A DNA stretch of 64,000 bases from Octopus sinensis (GCF_006345805.1 NC_043000.1:63054001-63118000); one strand, 5' to 3'. Positions 1 through 13,654 are shown, counted from the stretch's first letter. Program-made: numbers and translations. The notes: a model not told the origin generated them from the sequence alone.

Positions 1-45
1 ATATTCCAGAAACAAGAAATAGAAATACTCGAAGTTCGCATGATG

Positions 46-492
<447 letters not shown>

Positions 493-1536
493 TATATATT
501 TTAACCATCTGGTAGAACTCGTTGTTCTGCACCCAGGAATGTCGATAATGTCCTATTCTCAAAATGATCAGAATTTGTAAATTTTACTCCCAAGTTTGTA
601 AATCAACATATCTTCAAGTATTCTTTAGGAGATTCAGATATGAAACTGTGGCCTAACCAGTCTATAATTTACAGAGAATTCATTTGTAACTAATTGGAAG
701 TGGCGGTGCTTTGTAGGTAAAAATAATTTTTGTTGACTGGGAAATATATAAAAAAAAACACTTCTCTCTAATTTACATCAATTCCTGCATTTATTTATCA
801 CATACCACGATTACACATTCTCCATGGTTTACAGTTGTCGAAATACCAGTTCTCCGAAGGCAGCTTCCAATGTATGAGCCAATATGGGCCCTTTAACTCA
901 GAGAAGCCCAATGTTTGTGGGTAACAATTTAAAAGTATGTTTAGAGCAATTAAATAATTTGTAAAATATTTACTTGCTTAATTTTTTTAATCTAAGAAAG
1001 TTCTTTTAAAATTATTGAACCTTTTTTTTATTTTGGGTGCTTTTGAATTTAAAAATCCATTAAATTTAATTGAATCCCACTGAGTCAACTGATCCCTTTT
1101 TACGTTTTAGATCCTCTTCAAACTAGATTTAATGGGGTAAAATCATAGGGTCCTTTAAACTAATTTACCCAAATACGACAACTTTAACACGAAATAACTT
1201 CTACAATACGAAATTTTGTCAAGAATATTCAGAATAAACCGTGTCCTACGTGAAAAATTCTACCAGTATTCAAGTTTCAAATTGTTTAGTTAAAAAAAAT
1301 TACTTTAAAAATCTGTAATTGAGATGGAATAGATTCTAGGTATGAAAAGTGTGTAGACGTGTCTGTGTATGTATATGTGTATATACATGTGAACGTATGT
1401 TTATGTACTGACATGTGTGTCTGATCAAGTTGTATATATGACTTACGCTGTCGAAGGTTGTGTATATTTATATATATATAGTTAATCCAAACATGAAAAC
1501 ACAACAACGCAAGGACGTGGAACAAATATAGTATTA

Positions 1537-1680
1537 TTGGACGCTCAGGAAGGAAGGGAAGAGGAGGGTTTTACATTTCGAGCGGAGCTCTTCGTCAGAA
1601 ACATAGGAAAAGGAAAGATCCAGAGAAGGGAAGACGGAGGAAAAAAAATCGCCAATGATACACACGAGGTCACATTACAC
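1537..1680 (-). mobile_element. PLE-terminal-like repeat with minimal hammerhead motif (core 1568-1602)
   Basis: Minus strand GTTT-CTGACGA-A-GAGC-TCC-GCTC-GAAA-TGT-A-AAAC. A related, more decayed copy lies at about 13340-13500. Confidence 0.55.
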
Positions 1681-2159
1681 ACACACACACACACAACCTT
1701 CGACAGGGTAACAGTCATATATACAACTTGAACAGACACACATGTCAGTACATAAACATACGTTCACATGTACATACATGTATACACACACACAGGCACG
1801 TCTACACACTTACATACCTAAATACTCACATATATACATAAGCACATACGTACATACATACATGCATATAGGCATGCACGCACGCACACGCATGTACACA
1901 TATGCATGCACACATACTTGCTTGCACACATACTTGCATACACACATACATACATACATACATACATACATACATACATACATACATACAAACAAACAAA
2001 CAAAGTAACTGTCATTTTCTCAGATGCCCCACGGAATTTTGTCAGTGAACAGATCACGGTTTCAAAGCGAGGAAAATATTTTGACAAATATAATTTAAAT
2101 GTTGAAGTGAATCTAACGGTTTTAGTGTTTTTAAATGGCTTATAAACACCTTCCAGACT

Positions 2160-2320
2160 GCGACCATGCTGGGTCACCGCCTTGAAGAATTTTTTAGTCG
2201 AATGAATCGATACTTATATTTTCGCTAACTCTTTAAGCCTAGTACTTATTCTATTGGTCACTTTTGCTGAACTGCTAAGTTACGAGGATGTTAACACACC
2301 AGCACCAGTTATCAAGCCAA
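2160..2320 (-). mobile_element. SINE family A, 3' fragment
   Basis: Matches the 3' half of the full copies at 10305-10700 and 25236-25680. Confidence 0.75.
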
Positions 2321-2332
2321 CACACATACATA

Positions 2333-3217
2333 AACGAGCAGGTGACCAAAAGTAACCGGAAACGTTCTCTGTGCGACAAGCCCTTTGTAGTTCAGGCTTC
2401 CGCCGCTAGAAGTACCTTGGTGCAATCATCAGGCATCAGCCTACCAACCGGCATCGTCCTCTGGAGTCGTACTGCCACGTGGTGCATCTTTGTTTTTCAG
2501 TGCTTTTCCCGTGTTCGTCGATTTTTGCTATAGCTGAAACGAAGAAACAGCGTGCTTCCGTGAAATTCTGCTTTCTGCTAGGGAAAACGGTGGCCGAAAC
2601 AGTTGTCATACTTCACATAGCTTACTAGTTTATGAGTGGTTTTAACGCTTTAGGAATGGTCACTTTTCGCTTGAAGAGACCTATCTCGTTCAGGATGACC
2701 GTCGACATCCCAAACGAATGAAAATATCACGAAATGTCATGAACTGAACTTGGAGGACTGTCACCGAACTATTGACGAACTTGATATGACTGATGTGTCC
2801 TGCTCACGAATTTTGAGCGAGGAATTGCGAACGAATAGAATTGCAGCAAAATTTGTGCCTCGTTTGCTCATGGCAGAGCAAAAGCAGTCACGACTGAATG
2901 CGTGACTCCGCTTACCCACCCATCCTATGCACCCGATCTTGCCCCCTGCGACTTTTTTCTGTTCCCCCGAATGAAAAAAGTCCTTAAAGGAAAATGTTTT
3001 GCAGACATGGAAGAGGTAAAGAAAAAAACGATGAAGATGTTAGAAGGTATCACTTCGCAAGAGTCCCAGGACTGTTTCCAACAGTGGAATACGCGTCTGG
3101 ACCGATGCATTGCTTCACAGGGAAAATACTCTGAAGGCGATAAAAGTGTAAACGTGTAAAACTAAGTGAATTAAATAATATTACAAAATTCCATTTTCTT
3201 TTGGGTACAATCTTGTA
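2333..3217 (+). mobile_element. Internally deleted mariner element (pseudogene)
   Basis: N-terminal EQRASVKFCFLLGKT-like peptide at about 2525-2610. C-terminal HPSYAPDLAPCDFFLFP (YSPDLAP motif) in ORF 2902-3159. Degenerate TIRs at about 2333-2362 and 3187-3217. Confidence 0.85.
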
Positions 3218-3579
3218 CCCCGTCTTTCACTTCCCGTTTACCATAAACACTCACAAAGCTTTGGTCGGCCCGTGGCTATAGTAGGAGACACTTCTCCCAA
3301 GGTGCTATACATGTGGTTGGCAAGCAAGCTTCTTACATTTCAGCCACATATACTTTACTATATGCAATTTTGTAAAACACGTTTTTCACCTAAAACTAAG
3401 CTATTAAAAACATGTGAGAGAAGTATTGCGGTATTTAGGACAAATAATCTATTTAAATTGCAATTTACACATGCGCCAAAGCTATAAAAACATGTTTAAC
3501 TCATTCATATGCCCACGAATGGTTAATTCATTCATATGCGTAATTATACACACATCCAGTACACATCCACCCACATATG

Positions 3580-3704
<125 letters not shown>

Positions 3705-4416
3705 CCACCTACATCCAAAGGCCGGAAACAGGAGTTGCAGCGGGTGAACTACTTACTTTTCCCAGACTTAGAAAATAGTGTTTAAAAATTGATCTGTGAA
3801 AAGTTGCTTGAAGTTAGGTTTCTTCATAAAACTAGAACAAAGAACTAAAATAAAGAAAAAAAACCAAAATCCCTAGAAAGATGTATCGCTGAACTAAAGC
3901 AACAAGAGATTTGAACTTGAGCAAGTAGAAAGTTTAGCAAGTCAACATACAGATAATATTAAATATGTTTAATACAAAAAAATGTACATATGTACATATA
4001 AAAAATTCGGACTTTTTTCAAATTTGCAATCAATATATCTTAAAGTTGTGCGTGTATGTATGTGTGCATATGCATATATACGTTCCTCATGTGTATGCAG
4101 TTTCGTTCTGACATAACTGTAATAACTTTAAGATATATTGATTGCAAATTTACTGTTCTTATAACTTTCAAAAATCTGTTTATATTTCATCTAATATGAA
4201 TAATGGAATGCATCTACTATTAATAATATTAATAATAATTGATTGTTGTGTATGCTTATAAATGTAAATATGTATGTACATTTAAGTATATATAAAAGTA
4301 TTTATATATATTTATATATGCATGTGTATGTATATCTATTTATAAGTATTTAAAAGTATGTGTATTTTTATTTATTTTATATTTATATTTATTCATAACT
4401 TAACCTAATGTACTTT

Positions 4417-4550
4417 ATAAAATCTCTGACGAAGCCTAGAGAAACACCCAAGCACCTCAATTTCATCTACTTATTACTTCAGTCTCCTAGAGTAATAAAG
4501 GTAGAATGAGGTATTTTTGCCTCTTGGCTGAAACAGCTGTAAGTTATTTT
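4417..4550 (+). ncRNA. Hammerhead-like motif with long stem II (helix I degenerate)
   Basis: CTGACGA at 4426-4432. A ~97-nt hairpin is closed by AGCC/GGCT, followed by GAAAC-AGCT-GT-A at 4530-4541. Confidence 0.5.
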
Positions 4551-4934
4551 CCCAATATATATTCATATATGTTATATTGTAATAATTACTGGTATCTTTA
4601 TATATTAATATATTTTATATCTTATATGTAAAGCATAATATGTTATACATGTATGTATATTCTTGTAATTGTCAGTTTAGTAAATAAATAAATAAGTTGA
4701 CATAATTTAATGTCTAAAAGTTGATGAACCACCTATTGATCTCCTCCATTTTCTTATAGGTCTATAAATTAATGGTAGAATAACACTTTACCTTCACCCA
4801 TTTAGTACACTAGGTAATATAATTTCAATGCAATAAAAACACTTGTGTATTAATAATTGGGTATTCTACCAGCAGTATATTGGATAAATATTATCCCTTA
4901 GTTGGCTGGATTCACAACCTCTAACTTTCTTGGA

Positions 4935-4988
<54 letters not shown>

Positions 4989-5120
4989 TCACACACGCAC
5001 GCACACACACATAACAGAAGTAAATAGAAACGTTTTATAGTTATTTTAACTTGAAATGTTTTATGTCTTTTTATAAATTGACATGATTATGTTTCAGGCT
5101 CTATATGTGACTGTTTAATC

Positions 5121-6115
5121 ATGCCACGTACAAAAGAAACCTTGGAACTGTCCGAATTCAAAGAAGCCTATTGAGGGTCAATTTGAATGTGGACTTAGAG
5201 TAAAATTGCAGAAAACTTTGGGATCCCGCTTTCTACAGTTAATAGAGTGATTGTGAAATTCCCAAAGATGGGAAGAAGTTCACATCACCATGCCCAGGTC
5301 AACCAGAGCTCCCTGACAGGACTCTTCGCTTCGTTAAGAGGATAATCCTCGTTGCAAGGCCTCTGACATAGTAGAACAAGTTGATGTCAGTCCAGAATAG
5401 TTATCAGGTATCTCCACAAACTTGGCTAATATGGCAGAGCAGCAAGAAGGAAGCCGTTTCTTCAACCAACAAATATCAAGCGGAGAAAAGATTGGACCAG
5501 TGAGATGGTCGATAGGCCACTAGCATTTTGGGACACCGTCATATTCTCTGATGAGTCCAGATTTGCTGTATATTCTAACAATGGTCGAGTGTGGGTCTGG
5601 AAACTCTGTGATCAAGAATTTTATGTGAAAAGATTGCAGCCAACAATGAAACACGGCAGATATTCTGTGATGGTCTGGGGGAGCAATTTGGAGCAATGGT
5701 CGATCAAAGCTGGTGGAGTGCGAGGGAACATAAACTCAGCTAAATATGTGTCTATATTGTAGAAAGGATTCCTTCCAATCTTCTCAGGTGGTGAAATGAT
5801 TAAAGAAGGCTCTTTATTTATGGAAGATGGGGCTCCTTGTCACCGAGCTAAAAAGACTCAAGATTGGTTGGAAGAGAATGGTGTTAAAAAGCTTCCATGG
5901 CCAAGCCAGTCACAAGATGTGAAGCCTAATGAACGTCTCTGGAGCATAATGGACAGTACATTTCGTAGAAAAAACAAGAAAGCATCCTCAAAGCCAGATA
6001 TTTTGAGATTACTGCATGAACTTGGCAAGAAATTCTTCAAGAGAATATTTGTCATCTGATCAGGAGCATAAGATCCTTGCTTTGAAAAGGCAAAGGGCAT
6101 GTCTACTAAATATCC
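5121..6115 (+). mobile_element. Tc1-like (DD34E) transposase pseudogene
   Basis: VIFSDESRF, SVMVWG, FMEDGAPCH and WPSQSQDVKPNERLW motifs across frameshifted ORFs 5505-5762 and 5796-6059. Confidence 0.9.
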
Positions 6116-6494
6116 ACATAATAAATAATTTGAATGTATAATTTCAGATTTAAATAAATTTTAACGATGTCTATTTAGTTCTGTCGCGTCTTTGTATATA
6201 AAACAACAATATAGCAACAACCACGGTCACTCCTCAATACTAGCACAACTGATGAACTATTAAACTCCACAATCAACAACCCTTCACAACTCAGCTATCC
6301 ACTTCCTCATTTCCTCGGTATACCACAAGTGATCCATCATCATCATTGTTATCATCTTCTACTGCTACCACCCTTACCACAACTAAACACTAACAACAAC
6401 AACAAGATCAGCACTGGAAGTGACTCTTCAATACTAGAACAATTGATGACCTATTAAACTCCACAATCAAGAGCCGTCGCCATGTTGCAAGCCT

Positions 6495-6680
6495 GTGTCT
6501 GTTGCATCGAGCGAGAGTATGTTCAGTATACTTCGCTGTTTAAAGTCCTAACTCCGTACCACAGTGACACAACCTTGTGCAATGAAAACACTTTGGACAT
6601 CCTCTTGGAAAACTTCATCGCTAAAACGAGCGAGTATAGAAAAATACTTAGAATGATTTCAAGCATTACGTTTCCATATA
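6495..6680 (+). mobile_element. Decayed hAT transposase dimerisation-domain fragment
   Basis: PVSVASSERV followed, after a frameshift, by LRCLKS*LRTTVTQ; resembles the hAT C-terminal SxAERxFS...LRSTM motif. Confidence 0.45.
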
Positions 6681-6823
6681 TAACAATGAAAAAATATCAT
6701 TATATCTGTGTTTGTTTTGATATTAAGATTGAAAAAAATCAGCCTAGTTTGTAAAAAAAATTTGGGCCTGAGTTTGCACTCCACTAAGCAAATTTCGTTA
6801 CCGAGCAACTGCCTACATCCACC

Positions 6824-6862
<39 letters not shown>

Positions 6863-6919
6863 AGAAAGAGAGAGAGAGATTCTTTTTTTTTTCTTTTATA
6901 CCAATACTTGTTTCAATCT

Positions 6920-7085
6920 TTTGACTGCAGCTATGCAGAAGCACCGCCTTGAGGAGTTTTAGTCGAACAAATCGACACCAGGACTTATTTTTTAAGACTT
7001 GTACTTATTCTGTCAGTCTCTTACGCTGAACCGCTAGGTTACGGGAACATAAAAACTTCAACAACGGTTGTCAACCGGTGATAGG
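6920..7085 (-). mobile_element. SINE family A, 3' fragment, followed by (CATA)n at about 7090-7190
   Basis: Similar to other family A copies. Confidence 0.7.
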
Positions 7086-7473
7086 AGAGAAACAGACACA
7101 AAGATACACATACATACATACATACATACATACATACATACATACATACATACATACATACATACATACATACATACATACATACATACATGCAAGCATC
7201 CTTATTATATGTATCAACATTTTGTGAAAGCCCTCAGTAAAATTGATGGGACAACACCAATGGTAATATAGCTTACAATTGTATTATCCTTAACAGCTTG
7301 ATAATATTTTCGCAGAGAAGGAAACTTTAAGCAAGCAGTAATATGACAGTGTTATGGCTATGCTTTTTTAAATGAGAGATGACGGGTTAAGTAAAATGAA
7401 ACAGCATCAACTTGGAATCGAAACCTGATTGCGAACACAATCTATATTACCTTCTTACAGCGCTTACTTAAAT

Positions 7474-7661
7474 ATTGGCTTCAAATTTTGGCACAAGGCC
7501 AGAAATTTGGGGGCAGGGAGTAAGTCGATTACATAGACCCCCAGAGATCAATTTTATGGACCCTGAAAGGATTAAAAGTAAAGTCATCTTGGCGGAATTT
7601 GAACTCAGAACGTAAAGACAGACGAAATGCCGCTAAGCATTTTGCCTGGGATGCTAACGAT
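7474..7661 (-). mobile_element. SINE family C (Nin-domain-like)
   Basis: The minus strand has GAGTTCAAATTCCGCC and a TCCTTTCAGGGTCCATAAAA-type central domain. Related copies at about 11720-11880, 15265-15390, 47890-48100 and 59600-59660. Confidence 0.65.
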
Positions 7662-8278
7662 ATTTACAAACATGCATACACACGTACATGTCTATATACA
7701 TACAAGCAAGCATACATACATACATGCATACATACATACATAATTACAAGCATGAAGAGAGGAAAGATAAAAGGGAAAATCCCAAATTAAAGAGAACAAG
7801 AAAGTGGAAAATTACGCTGTATTTTAAAATAAATAGACATATTTTAGATTTTAACTTAAACATATTTCGTTCTCAGCAAGCTGACCTGAAAAACCGGCCT
7901 ATGATAGAACGAGGAAATCTGTCACTCGCCTCTTCGCTGGCGTACATTAATACATTCTCTTTTTAATTATAGCGTTTAAAAATAAAATAATCACTGAAGA
8001 TGTCTGCTTTTTATTTGAACTATTTAATACACGCGAAAGACAACTTTGGATAGCTTTGACAAGGAGCATTATACACACACGAAAATGCATAAATGTATAT
8101 GCACACACATTCACGCATAAACACACATATATACTCGTCGTTGATCGGGTAATTACTTTTGCTGTTTATCTGGAGCCACATTGAATGTATTATTATATGT
8201 ATAATTTACTCCTCCAGTATGTGTGCATTTTTAGAAGAGAAAATTATGTAATAATTGAAGTAGAAGAAAGAACATTAT

Positions 8279-8401
8279 CATTCTTTGTTGGCTATCTGCA
8301 AGTCTGTTTGCTGTTTCTTGTGTTGTTTCTCGCATACGATGTGATGCTTTTCGAAGACGATCAGCTGCAAGTCGTGCCTGTCTTTCGTCTTCATTTTCTG
8401 C
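8279..8401 (-). pseudogene. STPR-like / Helitron N-terminal repeat peptide fragment
   Basis: The minus frame reads AENEDERQARLAADRLRKASHRMRETTQETANRLADSQQRM, two ~23-aa E..E.R..RL units. Confidence 0.4.
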
Positions 8402-8440
8402 CTATTTTAAGCTTACAAACAAATAATTTTTATTTTTTAA

Positions 8441-10300
8441 TACAGTACAGTAAAAAAAAAAGTAATCTAAATTTACAAATACAATTTGGCGGTGTTTACT
8501 GTACATCGCGGACGCTTTATTTATGAATGCAGTTTGTAATAATACATGGTAAAATAAAAGCCTTTTTTACGCTTTAAAAATAAATTCAATAATTATCATC
8601 ATTTTGCAATAGTAAAAAAAAAAAAGCTAAATTATTTTAAATTTACCAATACGTACATAAAATTTGGTGGTTTACATCGCGGATGCAGATGGCTGTGGAT
8701 CGTCAACATTAACAGCTGACTCTGCTGCTCTTGTTCGATGCGCTTAAAAAACCGGTTGAGAATACCTTGAACTGTCTTCTTTTCTTCAAGGATTGCATTA
8801 TAAGGAGCAAAAGCTTCGCGACAAGCCCATATAATCTTGGAAAAGCGTTGAGCATTTGGATCCATATCTTCGAACATAGAAAGACCTTTTTCGATATAAT
8901 GCAAATGCTTGCTGCATTTTCTTCATGGTAAAGTGACGTAGTGACGTGGCTCAGGTTCGACTTCCTCTTCTTTGTTTTGCTGCTCGTGAAGCTCTAGCAA
9001 ATCCTCGTTCGTCTGGGGCTGCTTGTCTTTTTCAAATAAATCTGTGAAATCAACCTTCTCCAAATTCAATTCCAGTTCTTTGCTCGTAATCGCCAACGTT
9101 TTGTTGCTGGCAACATTATCAAACCCCTTAAAATCATTCACGAATTGCACGTATAGCTTCTTCCATACACCATTCATAGCCGTGCACTGTACATCATTTC
9201 ATGCCGCTGCTGTGTTCTTTACATCGTTGTAAGATATCGTATCTCTTCCAAGACGGACTCAACAAGATCAGTTGCAGCTATTGCTTGCCGCAGCGTTCGC
9301 TTCATATAGTAATGCTTGAAGATAGCAATTATTCCTTGATCCATTGGCTGCAGAAGAGACGTGGTGTTCGGAGGGAGGTATACGACGGTAACGTTGGGTT
9401 CAAAATGTACAATGTTTTCTTGGTGGCCAGGAGCATTATCTAAAATAAGTAAAACCTTAACAGGAATCGCCTTCTCCTTATCCTGCTGCTGAGTTAACAT
9501 GATTGAAGAACCAATCTTCAAAAACAACAACAGTAACCCATACTTTTGAATTAGCCATCCTTATAACAGGGAGAGATGCCTTGGGCATGTACTTCAGGGT
9601 ATGGGGTTTGTGTGCACAATACACAAGCAATGGCTTTAACTTAAAATCGCCTGCATAGTTACCTCCCAACATAATGATCACACATTCTTTTGAGACCTTG
9701 TAGCCTGGAGTAGTTTTCTCCTCCTTGAGAATGAATGAACGGTTTGGCAATTTTTTCCAATACAATCTAGTTTTGTCTACGTTAAAAATCTGTTGGAGGA
9801 AGAAATCCGTTTTCTTCGATGATTTTCTTTAATGCATTAACGCTGCTGCTTGTTCGTCAGCTGATGAACTTTCACTTTGCTTCTTAATGGAGTGATAACT
9901 TCGTCACTCCTTAAATCTCATGGGCCATCCTTGACTTGCCTTGAACTCTACATCTTTCTTATATTGATATTTTTCCTTCAGATCCTCAAACAAAGACAGT
10001 GCTTTCTCTTGAATGATTTATTGACTAATAGTATCACGCTGACGATTCAACCTAACAATCCAAAGAGAAAGAAGACTTTCCATTTCTTCAAAGATTTTAC
10101 CTCTTTTCTTATTGATGACAGTGTTCTTCATCCCTGGGGCTTCGGATTTGATATGTGCTAAAATTTTATTCTTATTATGTACAATAGTCGATACAGTTGT
10201 CTGACTTATCCCACAAGATCGTGCAATTGCTACCACTTTTTCACTTTTTTCATGACGTTTATTATAGCCAGTTTATCTTCCAGCGTTATGGCATGACACT
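8441..10300 (-). mobile_element. Tigger/pogo transposase pseudogene (CENP-B HTH + DDE_1)
   Basis: The track ORFs give a CENP-B-type HTH (10018-10236), YWKKLPNRSFI...GDFKLKPLLV (9478-9765), KVLLILDNAPGH...TTSLLQPMDQGII (9219-9530) and a Tigger-like C-terminus (8632-9177). Ends are approximate. Confidence 0.9.
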
Positions 10301-10304
10301 CTCT

Positions 10305-10700
10305 TTTTACTTGTTTCAGTCATTTGACTGCGGCCATGCTGGAGCACCGCCTTTAGTCGAGCTAATCGACCCCAGGATTTATTCTTTGTAAGCCTAGTAC
10401 TTATTCTATCGGTCTTTTTTGCCGAACCGCTAAGTTACGGGGACATAAACACACCAGCATCGGTTGTCAAGCGATGTTGTGGGGACAAATACAGACACAC
10501 AAACATATACACACACACACATACATATACATATATACGACGGGCTTCTTTCAGTTTCCGTCTACAAAATCCACTCACAAGGCTTTGGTCGACCCGAAGC
10601 TATAGCAGAAGACACTTGCCCAAGGTGCTACGCAGTGGGACTGAACCCAGAGCCATGTGGTTGGTAAGCAAGCTACTTACCACACAGCCACTCCTGCGCA
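10305..10700 (-). mobile_element. tRNA-derived SINE family A, full length, with central microsatellite
   Basis: A box TGGCTGTGTGG and B box GGTTCAGTCCC. Tail GGCGGTGCTCCAGCATGGCCGCAGTCAAATGACTGAAACAAG. Confidence 0.9.
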
Positions 10701-11049
10701 GCACTTTCACTATGAATTTTCTTAGGGGCCATGTGGGCCCCTAAGAAAATTCACTTGGTTAACGAATTAATAGCCAAATCTCTAAGATCTCTCCCACATC
10801 CCATGTCACCGTCTTATAAATGAAAGTCAAACTGGATTAAAAAAAGAAACACATCGAGTGGTCACAGCTGGCAAGCAAGTAATGAAAAACGAGTTCGTAA
10901 GTGCCATAGGTTTTCTTATTCAGAGTTACCTTTGGGCAAACGATAGCAACTTTCGCTTGCGGGAAGTAACGGCAGTGTTAATCAAAGGCTGGCAAATGTT
11001 AGGTGCTTCGACAGTGTTTGCTTGGTGCATGGATAGCCAACTTTGTATG

Positions 11050-11384
11050 TTATTACATCTTCAAGGTTCTCCCTTACCCTCCTAAATTCAGCTGCTCCTT
11101 TTGCACTGTTGATAAAGCTGGAGTATCGTCCCCTAATGTAGCAACCATGTCTGCATGAATGCCATTCGAGGCAAAATACTTTTTCTGCATGTACTCATTG
11201 ATAACACAGTGATGCCACATTTTGTCGATTTTCAAGAGAAATGGCCACTAGTTACTTTGAATTTTTCTTTGAACAGTGAGATTTCAGTTTAACTGGAAAG
11301 AAATGTTGAAATTAATTCCTGCAAGATTTGCAGTTCATGCACTCATTCATAGTCAGCCTGTAAACTTTTCAGCCCACACTCGTA
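11050..11384 (-). mobile_element. Mariner 5' fragment
   Basis: TIR-like TACGAGTGTGGGCTGAAAAGTT, then an IHADMVATLGDDTPALSTVQK-like N-terminal peptide. Same type as 30921-31815. Confidence 0.7.
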
Positions 11385-12690
11385 GTTTTGTTATAAATAA
11401 AACTACAGCCTTTCCTAACATTATATACTAAGATAGGAAAACCAGATCTTAACTCAAAACTTCGCCATACTGGACACTGATTATTGGAAGTTTGGCTCTA
11501 CTTGAAGTGAAGAGTTGTATTTATCCACTGGTACAAAATGTTTCCCTCTTCACAGAAAGTAAGTAATCAATTGTCGAAATTGCCAGACGTAATTGTTCGA
11601 GTAATTAGTAAACTTAACTGATCTATTGAAAAGCTAAGAGCACAAATGAGGCAAAAGAATAACGTGATGAAAAGTGATATTTCGCACGTTAATACATACC
11701 TTGACAACATTGCTTGTATTATTAGCGCGTGTTAGGATGGAAAGCTGGCACAATCGTTAGCGCATCGTAGAAAAAAATGCCTTGCGGTATTTCTTCCGGT
11801 TGTTGATATTTTGAGTTCAAATCCCGCCCAAGTTAAATTTGCTTTCATCTTTTCAGAGGTCGATAAAATAAAGTACGAGATTGATATCAACAACCCCATT
11901 CCCTCAAAATTGTTATCCTTCTACCCAATTCAGAAACTACTAATAACGTAAATTTACAATGCCGTTTAAATTTTATTATTACTTTTAATTTAACTATTTT
12001 AAAAGTTACCTGATTCAAGCTAGACAATATTGAAACAATGTAAAACGCGGTTCATTGCTCTTTTAAAGCATTGAAGATCAAACAATTTAACTTGAATATT
12101 ATTAATGAGCACAATACACAACATTCACGCACATATGTGAACTATATCACAAATACAGCTCTTTTACAATTTTTTGTAGATTTTTTTCGTATTGTAAGGT
12201 GCATCATTATATTTGCATTATTCACACGACATACATCTTTTCATTAGCAAAAGTATGTTTAGTAGTTTAGTTTATTTTTTCTATGCTTTTTCAAGTTAAC
12301 ACTCTTTAACAGTTGTTTTGATGTTGTTAACCAAGTGAGCGCCTCGTTTTCCCGTCAAACAGAAGTTTTTCCAGTTAGGCCCCCACTTTTTACTGAGCCG
12401 GTTGTGTACGACTCACTGATTACAACCATCTCACTTGATATTATATATAAGATTTAGCAAGGATAAATTATACTTTATCTCATATACTGTACTGATAATG
12501 TTAGACACTTAGGTCTTCTCTGACTTCTTTATACTACCTCCTGTTGCTTTCACTCGTGGTTATCTACTGTTGTTATTCTAAAGCGTTTTATGCGAGAGTA
12601 CGTAGAGAGAACTATTGACACGTGGCCACCTTTATTGGGACGTTTTTTTTTTTCCTTCTCAACAACTATAGAGAATTATGGTCGTGTAGT

Positions 12691-13003
12691 GTGGAGGTAC
12701 ATGGCCTAGTGGTTAGAGCAGCGGACTCGCGGTCGAAGAATCACGGTTTCCAATCTCAGACCGGGCGATGTGTGTATGTTTATGAGCGAAACACCAAAGC
12801 TCCACGCGGCTCCGGCAGAAGGTAATGGCGAACTTCTGCTGACTCTTTCGCCAGAACTTTTCCTTACTCTTTCCTCCTGCATCTAACAGGTCACCTGTGA
12901 CGGACCGGCGTCCCGTCCAGGTGGGGAACCTATACGTCAATGAAACCGGGAAACCGGCCCTTATGAGCCAGATATGGCTCGAGAAGGAACAAACAACAAC
13001 AAC
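12691..13003 (+). mobile_element. tRNA-derived SINE family D1 with V-domain-like 3' part and (AAC)n tail
   Basis: tRNA-like head, CCTGTGACGGACCGGCGTCCCGTCCAGG segment and AAC tail. Confidence 0.7.
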
Positions 13004-13180
13004 ATAGTCGTGTAGCACACAATCCCCGATCGAACAGACCTGTAATCAAAAGCATTCCAGCCATGACTTTCCATAATTTTCTTCATACATATTTTACCCC
13101 GATCTATAATATCCAGTGTTTTCACTGTGTGGTGTGTATGTGTGTGTGAGTATATATATATATATATATATATACTCACA

Positions 13181-13235
<55 letters not shown>

Positions 13236-13617
13236 GTGAGTGTGTGTAGCCAATTCAACGAATAAACAATTCAAAAAGCGAATAAAAACAAAAAGAGAAA
13301 AAAAAAAGCAAACGTGAGGACGTGCACAAGAATTATATTAGCTTGACGTTCGGTGAAAGGAGAGAATTTCAACGTTTCGAGCATGACTCTTCGTCCAAAA
13401 GAAGAAAGGGAAAAGTCCAAAGAAGAAGGAGCATCGCCATTGGTCTGCGTGTGGTTACATTTCTGAAGTGACCGGAAATGGAAAGAGATAGAGAAGCTGG
13501 ATTTGGGGAACAGGAGAGTGTGTAGATGGTCAGTATGTGTGTGTCTGTCTGTATGTGTACGTGCGTATGAGTGTGTTTGTGTCTCTCTCTCTATGTCTAT
13601 CACTCTCTCTCTCTCTC

Positions 13618-13654
<37 letters not shown>

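Noticed and set aside
5545-5560. CTGATGAGTCC, hammerhead-like
   Set aside because: It is the SDES codon run of the Tc1 catalytic motif, with no GAAA/UH half or helices.
6226-6470. ~51-bp direct repeat (6226-6276 / 6420-6470)
   Set aside because: It is an ordinary local duplication with no further structure.
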